Positions 45,851 through 53,985 of a stretch of DNA of 64,000 bases are shown in pieces (positions within the stretch are counted from its first letter, which is position 1; every line of letters begins with the position of its first letter). Position numbers and translations under genes: made by a program. Under the pieces are notes generated by a model. The model searched no databases. It was given only the letters and a program-made list of their open reading frames with translations, and had not been told where the DNA came from. Source of the DNA: Thermoleophilia bacterium (lineage in GTDB: Bacteria; Actinomycetota; Thermoleophilia; Gaiellales; Gaiellaceae); the NCBI GenBank assembly GCA_017882615.1, contig JADGPD010000001.1:46531-110530 (forward strand), given 5' to 3'.

Positions 45851-47686
45851 TCACCCTCCGATTCGCTCGCCTCGCTGAGCGATCTGTGCACCGGATTTGT
45901 CGAAGGCGCGGTACACGAGCAGCGTTTTACTGCCACTGAGCTCGGCGGCCGGAACCAGGTAGCCGACGAGCCCCTCCTTCTGCGTGAGCTTTCCGACAGT
46001 CCCATCGGGGAATGTGACCGTCACTGACGCAACCTGGTCCGGAACCATGCCGGAGAGGAACACGTTGTTCCCGCTATCCCTTTCCCAAGCCCCTATCAGC
46101 GTCAGCGGGTTGCCCTGGGGCATGTTGGTGAGCGGCCAGGGTGAACAGCCGCCGTCTGCGGAGTCCCCCTTGATGGGGTCGCTCACGCGGGACGACATGC
46201 AGCGGACGCCGCCCGCGGTATCGCCGGCCCGGACAATCAGCGTGTGGCCGGCGCCGGCCCTGATGCGGAAGAGCTCGTGGACGCTGGCGCGCGCCTGCCA
46301 CGGGGCCGGGTTGGTCGCCCCGTCACTCTGGTACGTATGGACGTCGATCACGCGCTGCTGGTCGTCGTAGGCGACGAGTCTGGCCGGGAAGGAAGCGCGG
46401 GCGGCCCGGACGATAAAGGCATTGTCCTTGAGCGGGACGTCAACGGTCTCGCCGGAGGCGAGGAACAGCTTGATCTGGGCGACGTCGTCGCTCGCGAGCC
46501 CGCTGAAGACGGAGAACTGGCCCGCACCGGAGCTGCCCGACAAGACGTCGAGCGGGCCGTACTGGAACCGGCGGCTGAAGTGTCCGCACACGGCCCACCC
46601 TGGATCATCTCCACTGGAGATCAGCGCGGTGCAGAGGCCGGGCTCTCCGTTGCTGGGCTTCTCCAGGCTGCCGTCGGTGAGGGTAACGCCCACCCGTTCG
46701 GCGCTCTCGGGGTCGGGCTGGATCAGGCGACCGTAGACGTAGCGGCCGCTCACTAGCTCCGGGAACCGCCGCAGCTCGGACGGGAGTGGCTCTCCCCTCG
46801 GCTCGCGCGCGTCGAGCCAGCCGATCGTACCGCCGCTGACGTGGCGATCGACCTTCGCCGGCCCTTGCGCAGTGCCTTTCGGCGGCTGCGGCAGGTCGAT
46901 CGTCCCGAAGGGGGCCGACTGGAGGGGCAGGGCGACGCTCGTTCCGTCGGCGGCGATCGCCTGGGCGCTGCGAACGCGGACCTGGGCCTGCGTGTGATCG
47001 GTCACATATAAGAACGCGTTCGAGGCGACGAGGGCTTCGTGGTCGCCGTCATCTGCGTGCAGCAACACCTTTGTGACGCCGTCGGAGACGATGCCGAAGC
47101 TCGCGGCCGGTTCGGGCACCTCGTCCGCGCCGTTTGGGGGCGCGCTCGCCGACTCGAACGGCTCGTCGACGGATATCACGAGAGCGGGCTCCTTAGCCGT
47201 CTGCAGCGCCTGAAGCGGCGCGCAGCGCGTCCTCGTGGCGGACACGGCGCCGCTGGCGACGAGGCGAAGACAGAGCTGATCGCCGCTGCGGAAGCCGAGG
47301 AGCGTGTATTTCGCGCCGCCCGCGCTCGTCTCGATCAGGCGCCGTAGCGCGGTGCCGGGAGCGAAGCCGGACCAGGAGCGTTCGTTTGCCTGCTGAAACG
47401 CCTGCTGCTCGGCGGGCGACACAGGCTGGCCCGGCTCGCCGCTGATCCAACTCGCGAAACCGTCGAGACCGCGAGCGACCGCCGCTCCCACCGGGGTGGT
47501 CACCGCGACCAGTAGCGCTGCCACGGTCGCCGCGGCTGCGATCGAGACGAGTCGGCGCCTCGACTTCGTGCGTCCACGGTGAAACGCCGCGCGACCCACG
47601 ACTTCCTGCCAGTTGGCGCGCTCGCCGCTCGGAAGCGGAAGCATCCGGTCAAGCTCGGAGACGATCAGGGCATCCATGTCGATCAT
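45851..47686 (-). CDS. Sigma-associated single-pass membrane protein with large extracytoplasmic domain (putative anti-sigma factor)
   Basis: 611 aa. ATGA overlap with the upstream ECF sigma stop and one TM helix (LVSIAAAATVAALLVAV). No recognised domain beyond that. Confidence 0.5.
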   Translation of the reverse strand: MIDMDALIVSELDRMLPLPSGERANWQEVVGRAAFHRGRTKSRRRLVSIAAAATVAALLVAVTTPVGAAVARGLDGFASWISGEPGQPVSPAEQQAFQQANERSWSGFAPGTALRRLIETSAGGAKYTLLGFRSGDQLCLRLVASGAVSATRTRCAPLQALQTAKEPALVISVDEPFESASAPPNGADEVPEPAASFGIVSDGVTKVLLHADDGDHEALVASNAFLYVTDHTQAQVRVRSAQAIAADGTSVALPLQSAPFGTIDLPQPPKGTAQGPAKVDRHVSGGTIGWLDAREPRGEPLPSELRRFPELVSGRYVYGRLIQPDPESAERVGVTLTDGSLEKPSNGEPGLCTALISSGDDPGWAVCGHFSRRFQYGPLDVLSGSSGAGQFSVFSGLASDDVAQIKLFLASGETVDVPLKDNAFIVRAARASFPARLVAYDDQQRVIDVHTYQSDGATNPAPWQARASVHELFRIRAGAGHTLIVRAGDTAGGVRCMSSRVSDPIKGDSADGGCSPWPLTNMPQGNPLTLIGAWERDSGNNVFLSGMVPDQVASVTVTFPDGTVGKLTQKEGLVGYLVPAAELSGSKTLLVYRAFDKSGAQIAQRGERIGG

Positions 47687-48198
47687 CGTTCGACCTCCTC
47701 GAGAGAGCGGCGAAGCGCAAGGCGCGCCGAGCTCAATGTCGCCGCCACCGTTCCAACCTCGATCTCGAGCGCTGTCGCGATCGACTGGTAATCGAGGTCG
47801 GCGAAGTAGCGAAGAAAGACCGCAAGCCTCTGTCGCTCCGGCAGCGCCGCGATCCAGGTGCGCACGCCGGAGTCGCTTTCAGGGTGACCGTTCAAGCTCG
47901 TTGTTCCGTCAGTTGTCGCCGACGCCGACGTTGACTCCAGCGACTCGCGGCGGGCCGCTTGTGCCCGACGCTGGTGACGCGCCGCGTTCACGACGACCCG
48001 CCAGACCCATGCCTCGAGCGGGCCCTCGCCGCGGAACGACGCGCGCTGCGTCAACACCCGCGAGAACGCCTCCTGGACGGCGTCGTGGCCCGTCGCCTCG
48101 TCTCCGACGATCGCCGTCGCCACCCGCAGGAAGTGGCGGTAGCGCTCCCGATAGATCGACTCGATCTCAGAGACGGGTGGCTTTGATCGATCCATCAC
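47683..48198 (-). CDS. RNA polymerase sigma-70 factor, ECF subfamily
   Basis: 171 aa. Region 2 (YRERYRHFLRVA, DAVQEAF, WVWRVVVN) and region 4 (LPERQRLAVFLRYFADLDYQSIATALEIEVGTVAATLSSARLAL). Confidence 0.88.
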   Translation of the reverse strand: MMDRSKPPVSEIESIYRERYRHFLRVATAIVGDEATGHDAVQEAFSRVLTQRASFRGEGPLEAWVWRVVVNAARHQRRAQAARRESLESTSASATTDGTTSLNGHPESDSGVRTWIAALPERQRLAVFLRYFADLDYQSIATALEIEVGTVAATLSSARLALRRSLEEVER

Positions 48199-48376
48199 CT
48201 AACGATGCTTTCATGGGCCCGTTTTATTTAGTCGCGGCAGCGTACCCCGCTGATCCTCACGGGATGACACCACGTTGAGCTCCTCGTCCAATCTCGTCGG
48301 CGGCCGCCGGGCGACGGCTCGCTCGTTTAGCACGCTTCGATCCGGGTACCTGACTCTCCCACGAAAGGAGGCTCCG

Positions 48377-48661
48377 ATGCCGTTTGCGCGTGTTGTGACT
48401 TTCGAAGGAGTCGACAAGGATCGGATGGACAAGATGAGTCGGGAGATGCGCGAGGGCGAGCGGCCCGAAGGGCTCCCCGTGAGCGAGCTCCTGGTGCTGC
48501 ACGATCCCGAGGCCGAGAAGTCGCTGGCGATCGTCTTCTTCGAGACGGAGGACGACTACAAACGAGGAGACGAAGCGCTGAACGCGATGCCGGCGGGAGA
48601 GACTCCGGGCCGGCGCACGTCGGTGGCCAAGTACGACGTCGCGGTTCGCATGAAGTCCTGA
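48377..48661 (+). CDS. Hypothetical small protein (94 aa)
   Basis: ATG preceded by AAGGAGG. Sequence MPFARVVTFEGVD..., no family recognised. Confidence 0.55.
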   Translation: MPFARVVTFEGVDKDRMDKMSREMREGERPEGLPVSELLVLHDPEAEKSLAIVFFETEDDYKRGDEALNAMPAGETPGRRTSVAKYDVAVRMKS

Positions 48662-48762
48662 GGACTTCGGCGTTCAAGGGATCGTCTTAGGCGGAGATCA
48701 ACGTCCAGCGCCTCGGTGGTGCTCGCATCGCTGCGCCAGCGCGATCCCCAGACCCTTCGCGA

Positions 48763-48835
48763 AGCCCTCTCACGGACTCGAACCGTGGACCCCCTCCTTA
48801 CCATGGAGGTGCTCTACCAACTGAGCTAAGAGGGC
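48763..48835 (-). tRNA. tRNA-Thr (anticodon GGT)
   Basis: Manual cloverleaf fold: acceptor GCCCTCT/AGAGGGC, D-arm GCTC..GAGC, anticodon stem CCTCC/GGAGG with loop ATGGTAA, T-arm CACGG-TTCGAGT-CCGTG. CCA is not encoded. Confidence 0.9.
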
Positions 48836-48906
48836 AAGCGCCGGAATTGTACCGCCGCTCCGATCGCGCTGAATCGGCGCCCGCCGTCTCGCGTGCGCGC
48901 GAGAAA

Positions 48907-49548
48907 CTACTTGGAGCCAGACGCGCCGTTTTCGCGCTCTTCCCTATGCCTTCGGCGCTCGCGGAAGAACCAGAGCGCAGCCGCGCCGAGCGCGAGCAGG
49001 ACGACGACGGCCAGCCCGATATATCCAGCGTTCTCGACGATCTTGATCGCCCGGTGGAGGTTCGAGCCGACCAGCAAGCCGACGGCCATCACCGCGGCGA
49101 CCCAGCAGGCGCCGCCGAGTGCGTTTGCGAGTAGGAAGGCACGCCAGTGCATGTGTGAGATCCCGGCGATCGGCCCGGCGAAAATGCGCAGGATGGCGAC
49201 GAAGCGCGCCAGGAAGACGACGACCCAGCCGCGGCGCCGCTTGAAGAACGATTCCGCCAGCTCGACGCGCCTGGGGTGATAGAAGCGCCTGATTCCAGGC
49301 AGCGTCCAGAAGCGCTCGCCGTAGTGGTGTCCGAGCGCGTAGCCGATGTTGTCGCCGATGACCGCGCCGCCCCAGGCGCAGAGCGCAACCTGCCAGGGCA
49401 CCAAAGTCCCATGGCCGGCTGCGACCGCCGCGATCACGAGCACGGTCTCGCCGGGGATGGGAACTCCCATCGACTCGATCCCCACGCCGAAGAAGACGAG
49501 GGGGAGCCCGACGACTTTCAGCAAGTGCTCGATCGTGTGGACGAACAT
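48907..49548 (-). CDS. DedA family membrane protein
   Basis: 213 aa. ESMGVPIPGETVLV and GDNIGYALG motifs typical of DedA/SNARE-associated proteins. Confidence 0.82.
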   Translation of the reverse strand: MFVHTIEHLLKVVGLPLVFFGVGIESMGVPIPGETVLVIAAVAAGHGTLVPWQVALCAWGGAVIGDNIGYALGHHYGERFWTLPGIRRFYHPRRVELAESFFKRRRGWVVVFLARFVAILRIFAGPIAGISHMHWRAFLLANALGGACWVAAVMAVGLLVGSNLHRAIKIVENAGYIGLAVVVLLALGAAALWFFRERRRHREERENGASGSK

Positions 49549-49735
49549 CGGCGAGGCGGTACCTTCTCATGCCCTCCGAATCGATGCCGCGCAAGCACCG
49601 CCGCGATCTAGCCGGCCGCGCCCGGCCGGCAGGAACCGGAGCGCGGAAAACCGCTGTACGCCAAGAACCGTTATCTCGCTTTTCCGGGGCGCCGCTGAGC
49701 GTGCACGGCTGAAGCGCACAACACTCGCCAAAACC

Positions 49736-49845
49736 GGCCGCCGCGACCGGCATGACGGGCGCGGCTCACCAGACGCCATCCCGCGGTCTCTGTGCTTCTA
49801 TCCGCCGAAAGTCTTCGCCGGCTTTGCCGGCGGACTTTCGGCGGA
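49736..49845. repeat. Intergenic repeat copy A (about 105-110 bp: GCCGCG..CATG..CGCGGC module plus compound GAAAGTC/GACTTTC hairpin)
   Basis: Aligns by eye over about 105 bp with 50044-50155 in the same orientation, with most positions identical. The terminal hairpin is TCCGCCGAAAGTC-TTC-GCCGGC-TTT-GCCGGC-G-GACTTTCGGCGGA. Confidence 0.75.
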
Positions 49846-49850
49846 GAAGA

Positions 49851-49932
49851 TGGGGGAGGGAGGATTCGAACCTCCGTAGGCTGAGCCGACGGGTTTACAG
49901 CCCGCTCCCTTTGGCCGCTCGGGCACTCCCCC
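49851..49932 (-). tRNA. tRNA-Tyr (anticodon GTA), long variable arm
   Basis: Manual fold: acceptor GGGGGAG/CTCCCCC, anticodon stem GCGGG/CCCGT with loop CTGTAAA, long variable arm, T-arm GGAGG-TTCGAAT-CCTCC. CCA is not encoded. Confidence 0.9.
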
Positions 49933-49947
49933 GCGGAGCGCCATTCT

Positions 49948-49977
49948 ACCCGTGAAAGTCTGACGACTTTCACGGGT
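49948..49977. repeat. Perfect 13-bp hairpin ACCCGTGAAAGTC-TGAC-GACTTTCACGGGT (same GAAAGTC/GACTTTC core)
   Basis: Read directly. It sits 16 nt from the tRNA-Tyr 5' end. Confidence 0.75.
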
Positions 49978-50043
49978 GTAAAAAGAACGAGCTGAGAGAG
50001 CGACATCACCGTTGCTTAGCGTGGCGTCGGTGGGAGCGTCGTA

Positions 50044-50155
50044 GGGGCGCAGCGACCGCGTGACGGGCGCGGCTCAGAAGACGTCATCCTCCGGTCGCTC
50101 GAGTTTCTTCCCGCCGAAAGTCGTCAGGGCGGCTATGCCGGCGGACTTTCCGCGG
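50044..50155. repeat. Intergenic repeat copy B (direct repeat of 49736-49845)
   Basis: Shares GACGGGCGCGGCTCA, AGACG.CATCC and CCGCCGAAAGTC...GCCGGCGGACTTTC.GCGG with copy A. Confidence 0.75.
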
Positions 50156-50177
50156 CCTCTAAAGCGCAGGCGCAAAA

Positions 50178-51398
50178 GTGCCGATGCAACCGCGGATGGA
50201 ACTTGACGACCTCCTTACCCGTGTAGTCGAGATCGGGGGCTCCGACCTTCACCTCAAGTTGGGTCAGCCGCCGATCGTCAGGCGAGATGGTGAGCTCGGC
50301 GCGCTCGATGGCTTTCCGCCTTTGGGGCCGAAAGAGCTGAACACCATCCTCGAGACGCTAACCAGGCATCTCCCGAGCAAGCTGCAGGAGTTCCGTCAGA
50401 CGGGCGAGCTCGATATGGCCTTCACGCATCCGAGTCTGCCGCGCTTCCGAGTCAACGGATTCAGGCAGCGCGGCGCTATCTCGTTCGCCTTCCGCGTCAT
50501 CCCGCGCGAGATTCCGACCTTCGAGCAGCTCGAGCTACCGCCCGGGGTGGCCAACCTCGCCAGCTACCACCGCGGACTCGTACTCGTCACCGGCGCGACC
50601 GGAGCGGGCAAGTCGACCACCCTTGCGGCGATGGTCGACCACATCAACCGCACGCGCCGGCAGCACATACTCACGATCGAGGATCCGATCGAGATCCTTC
50701 ATGCCGATCGCGGCTGCATCGTCAACCAACGCGAGATCGGCCTGGATTCCGCCTCCTTCGGCCAGGCGCTGCGGCGCGCCCTGCGCCAGGACCCGGATGT
50801 GATCTTGATCGGCGAGCTGCGTGACCGGGAGACCGCCGAGACGGCGCTACAAGCCGCCGAGTCCGGTCACCTGGTGATGTCGACCATGCACACGATCGAC
50901 GCTTCCGAGACGGTTTCACGCCTCGTTGAGCTGTTCCAGGAGACCAAGCAGGCACAGATCCGCTCGATTCTCGCGGGCGTGCTGCGTGGCGTCGTCAGCC
51001 AGCGCCTGCTGCCGCGTATCGGCGGCGGCCGCGTCGCGGCGGTCGAAGTGATGGTCACGAACGCCCGCATCGCCGATCTGATCCGCGAGGGCAAGGGGGA
51101 GGAGATTCCCGACGCGATCGCAGACGGCGCCTTCTTCCAGATGCAGACTTTCGCGCAGTCGTTGACCTCGCTAGTGCTCGAGGGGAAGGTCGACCGGGAG
51201 ATCGCCGCCAACGCGGCGTCGAATCGCCACGATTTCCTTGTTCAGATCGAGCATGCGACCAAGAGCCAGGCCGCTGGGGAGCAGGGAAAGGACACGGCCG
51301 ACGGCACCCCGGACGGACTTGGAGCTGCGCTCGCGCGTAGCGCGGCGGGCGCGTCGCCCGACGCTGGATCGCTCAGGGTCGCCGGTCCGGACGGATGA
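50178..51398 (+). CDS. pilT: Type IV pilus retraction ATPase PilT
   Basis: 406 aa with GGSDLHL, Walker A GATGAGKSTT, Asp/His boxes (ILIGELRD, GHLVMSTMHT), and a PilT-specific AIRNLIREgK-like ARIADLIREGK. Low-complexity C-terminal extension of about 45 aa. The start could be the ATG at 50196. Confidence 0.9.
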   Translation: MPMQPRMELDDLLTRVVEIGGSDLHLKLGQPPIVRRDGELGALDGFPPLGPKELNTILETLTRHLPSKLQEFRQTGELDMAFTHPSLPRFRVNGFRQRGAISFAFRVIPREIPTFEQLELPPGVANLASYHRGLVLVTGATGAGKSTTLAAMVDHINRTRRQHILTIEDPIEILHADRGCIVNQREIGLDSASFGQALRRALRQDPDVILIGELRDRETAETALQAAESGHLVMSTMHTIDASETVSRLVELFQETKQAQIRSILAGVLRGVVSQRLLPRIGGGRVAAVEVMVTNARIADLIREGKGEEIPDAIADGAFFQMQTFAQSLTSLVLEGKVDREIAANAASNRHDFLVQIEHATKSQAAGEQGKDTADGTPDGLGAALARSAAGASPDAGSLRVAGPDG

Positions 51399-53008
51399 AG
51401 CGGGCGCTAGCGGGCGCCCTGCTGGCGTTCGCGCTTTGTGCCGGGACCGCGAGCGGCGACACCTTCACGGTCGTCTCTCCGTCCAGCCCGTCCTCGACGC
51501 TCGCCGGCGGCGGGCTGCCGAGCTCCCAGATCCCGAACGTCTCGGGCTCGCTTGCGCTCCCGTTGGCCTGGACCGAGCGCGCCGGCGAGGAGACCGCGCT
51601 CACGTCCGCTCAGTTGCGTGGCATCTGGCAGTCGGCCGGCGTCGCCTACGGCGTCCCTTGGTCGGTGCTGGCGGCGATCAACAAGGTCGAGTCGAACTTC
51701 GGTCGCAACATGGGCCCGAGCTCGGCCGGCGCGGTCGGCTGGATGCAGTTCATGCCCGACACCTGGCTGCGCTGGGGTGCCGATTATGACGGGAACGGAG
51801 TGGCCGACCCCTGGAACGCCAAGGACGCTGTGTTCTCAGCCGCGCGCTACCTGGCCGCTGCAGGCGGTGCGAATGACATCTCGCGAGGCGTTTTCGCCTA
51901 CAACCATGCTCAGTGGTATGTGGACGAAGTGCTCTCCCTGGCCCGACTGTTGGGCAATGACGGCTCGCTCAGCTTCTCACTGGACGAGCTGCAAGTGAGC
52001 CTGGAGAAAGCCGAGCAACGAGTCGCCTCGCTCAGCCAGCAGATCGCCCAGACCAACGCCCGCGCGAATGCGCTTGGGCATCGAGCGCAGCGAATGCTCG
52101 CCGCCGCCGAGACGATCAAGCTGATCAACGATCGCTCCGCCGCGCGCGCGCGAGCGGCCCGGGTGCAGATACAGGCCAACTCCCTCGAGGCGCGGCTTCC
52201 GGACTTGAGTGCGGCGCTGGACAAGGCCAAGACGAACCTCGCGAGCGCACGGGCAAGCGCGCAGCCGCAGTCGTTCAACTCCGGCACCTCCGTCTACCTT
52301 GCCAGCGCGCTCTACCAGAACGGCTACGTCTTTCCCGTCGGCGGCGGGCCGAGCCGAGTCTCGGTCGGGCACACGCACCACGACTATCCGGCAGCGGACA
52401 TTGCGGCGCCTGCCGGCTCGCCTGTCTACGCGCTTGCGGACGGAACCGTCGCCAAGGCCTGGCGCACCATCGACCCTCTCTGCGGCATCGGCCTGCGCTT
52501 CCGCACAGACGACGGCCGGACCTGGGCCTATTGCCATCTCTCCTACCTCGAGCCCTCGACCGTGACCGGCGCGCGGCTGACGGCCGGGGCGCTGATCGGC
52601 CTCGTCGGCTCGACGGGACACGCGACCGGACCGCACCTGCATCTCGGGCTGCTTCCCTCGAGCGAAGGCTATCCACAGAGTCAGCCCTGGTTCCAGAGCT
52701 TCGCCGGCGTCGCGTACCGCTGGCAGGACGCGAGTACGCCGTCCGTACCCGGAGTCTCCTCGTCGCTCGGCGCACCGGCGGTGTTTGCCGTCGTGAGCGG
52801 CGCGGCCGGTCTGTCGACGGACAGCACCTGGGCGGAGTCCTCCCAGACGGTCCTACCGTCTACCATCTCGGAGCCGAGCTCGAGCTCGGCTGTCAGCCAA
52901 AGCTCTCTCTTCGCAGCCGCGCCCGGAAGGTCCGCCTCGCCGAGGTCGTCGGCGGGCGCCGAGCCGTCCCAAAGCGTGCAGGGTTCGGCTATTCCATTCA
53001 GTAGATAG
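51395..53008 (+). CDS. Secreted bifunctional murein hydrolase: MltB-like lytic transglycosylase (SLT_2) domain, coiled coil, and M23 metallopeptidase domain
   Basis: Signal peptide. VESNFGRNMG..AVGWMQFMPDTW..DYDGNGVADPWN (SLT_2), a central Ala/Gln/Arg-rich helical region, then HHDYPAADIAAPAGSPV and GSTGHATGPHLHLG (M23). ATGA overlap with the pilT stop. Confidence 0.8.
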   Translation: MKRALAGALLAFALCAGTASGDTFTVVSPSSPSSTLAGGGLPSSQIPNVSGSLALPLAWTERAGEETALTSAQLRGIWQSAGVAYGVPWSVLAAINKVESNFGRNMGPSSAGAVGWMQFMPDTWLRWGADYDGNGVADPWNAKDAVFSAARYLAAAGGANDISRGVFAYNHAQWYVDEVLSLARLLGNDGSLSFSLDELQVSLEKAEQRVASLSQQIAQTNARANALGHRAQRMLAAAETIKLINDRSAARARAARVQIQANSLEARLPDLSAALDKAKTNLASARASAQPQSFNSGTSVYLASALYQNGYVFPVGGGPSRVSVGHTHHDYPAADIAAPAGSPVYALADGTVAKAWRTIDPLCGIGLRFRTDDGRTWAYCHLSYLEPSTVTGARLTAGALIGLVGSTGHATGPHLHLGLLPSSEGYPQSQPWFQSFAGVAYRWQDASTPSVPGVSSSLGAPAVFAVVSGAAGLSTDSTWAESSQTVLPSTISEPSSSSAVSQSSLFAAAPGRSASPRSSAGAEPSQSVQGSAIPFSR

Positions 53009-53043
53009 CCCTTAGGCTCAACTCGAGCTGGCATCCTGTCGAA

Positions 53044-53907
53044 ATGAGGCTCATGCGAGTTCGGTTAACGCTTGGCCGCGTCGTGGCGTTTATCGTCGTC
53101 TGTGCGCTCGCCTCGATGGCGCTGACCATCATCTTTACTCACAGCGATTCTGCGGAGGTCCAGCACAAGGGGAAGACCGCGGCGCCTCCGAACAAGGTGG
53201 TGCCCGGCGTCGTGGGTCAGCTGTACGTCTTCGCCGAGGGCGCGCTGCAGGAGCACGGATTCGGCTGGAAGGTCGTCGGCTCGGTCGAGGGCTGGGCGGG
53301 GATGACCGTCGCGAGCCAGGATCCTCTTCCCGGTACGAGGGTCGTGGATACGGGCGCCCCGCTCGTCACCCTGCGCCTGGTGAAACCGAAGGGCTACGTT
53401 CCTCAGGGCACGCCGGAGAACTCTTCGCCCTTTGCTGGCACCGAGATCTTGTTCCCCGGCGCCTCGACCGTGACGAGTCCGTCGACGACGAGCGCCCGGA
53501 CAACGACCACGAAGACCAGCCCGATCACGACCACGAAAACGCGCCCGACCACGACCGCAAGATCAACGACGTCAGCCAAGCCCAAGCTGCCGGCCCGCCC
53601 ACCCGCTTTCACGATCGCAGGGGCGAAGCCCGAGCCGCTCGATGAGATACCGCTTCCGCAGCGCGCCAAGAATCTGAGCACCTGGCTCGACGCGCATGGC
53701 GCCGCGAGCCCGGCGAACGAACGCTACTGGCTGTTCCAGCATGCTTGGATCGTCACCGGCGCCAAGTTCGGCTGGTGGCACGGCGCCCGCGCGCTGGAGA
53801 CTCTGATCGCGGTGGACAAGCGAGTCGAGAAGCTCTGGGGCATCGGCTCGAGGAGCGAAGCCGAAGCCAGCGCCGCGCTCGAGTTCGTGCGGGCGCACGG
53901 CGGCTGA
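53044..53907 (+). CDS. Membrane-anchored protein with PASTA-like domain, Thr-rich linker and unknown C-terminal domain
   Basis: 287 aa. TM helix VVAFIVVCALASMALTII. VPGVVGQ..A...L...GF...V.G....V.SQDP.PGTRV..GAP.VTLRL fits the PASTA pattern. Then the TSPSTTSARTTTTKTSPITTTKTRPTTTARSTT linker. Confidence 0.5.
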   Translation: MRLMRVRLTLGRVVAFIVVCALASMALTIIFTHSDSAEVQHKGKTAAPPNKVVPGVVGQLYVFAEGALQEHGFGWKVVGSVEGWAGMTVASQDPLPGTRVVDTGAPLVTLRLVKPKGYVPQGTPENSSPFAGTEILFPGASTVTSPSTTSARTTTTKTSPITTTKTRPTTTARSTTSAKPKLPARPPAFTIAGAKPEPLDEIPLPQRAKNLSTWLDAHGAASPANERYWLFQHAWIVTGAKFGWWHGARALETLIAVDKRVEKLWGIGSRSEAEASAALEFVRAHGG

Positions 53908-53932
53908 GTTAGTCAACCTTGCTAGACGGAAG

Positions 53933-53969
53933 CCGACGTCCCCCTCGCGGTTGAGCGAGCGAACGTCGG
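53933..53969. terminator. Hairpin between convergent genes (candidate bidirectional terminator)
   Basis: CCGACGT...ACGTCGG outer stem with inner CTCGC/GCGAG, between the stops at 53907 (+) and 53986 (-). Confidence 0.35.
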
Positions 53970-53985
53970 GTAAGAGCTCTCGCGG

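Noticed and set aside
48700-50160. Genomic island or integrative element at tRNA-Thr/tRNA-Tyr
   Set aside because: No integrase, transposase or att-type duplication of a tRNA 3' end is present. The flanking repeats belong to a palindromic family also found after rpoD. They are reported as repeats, not as a mobile element.
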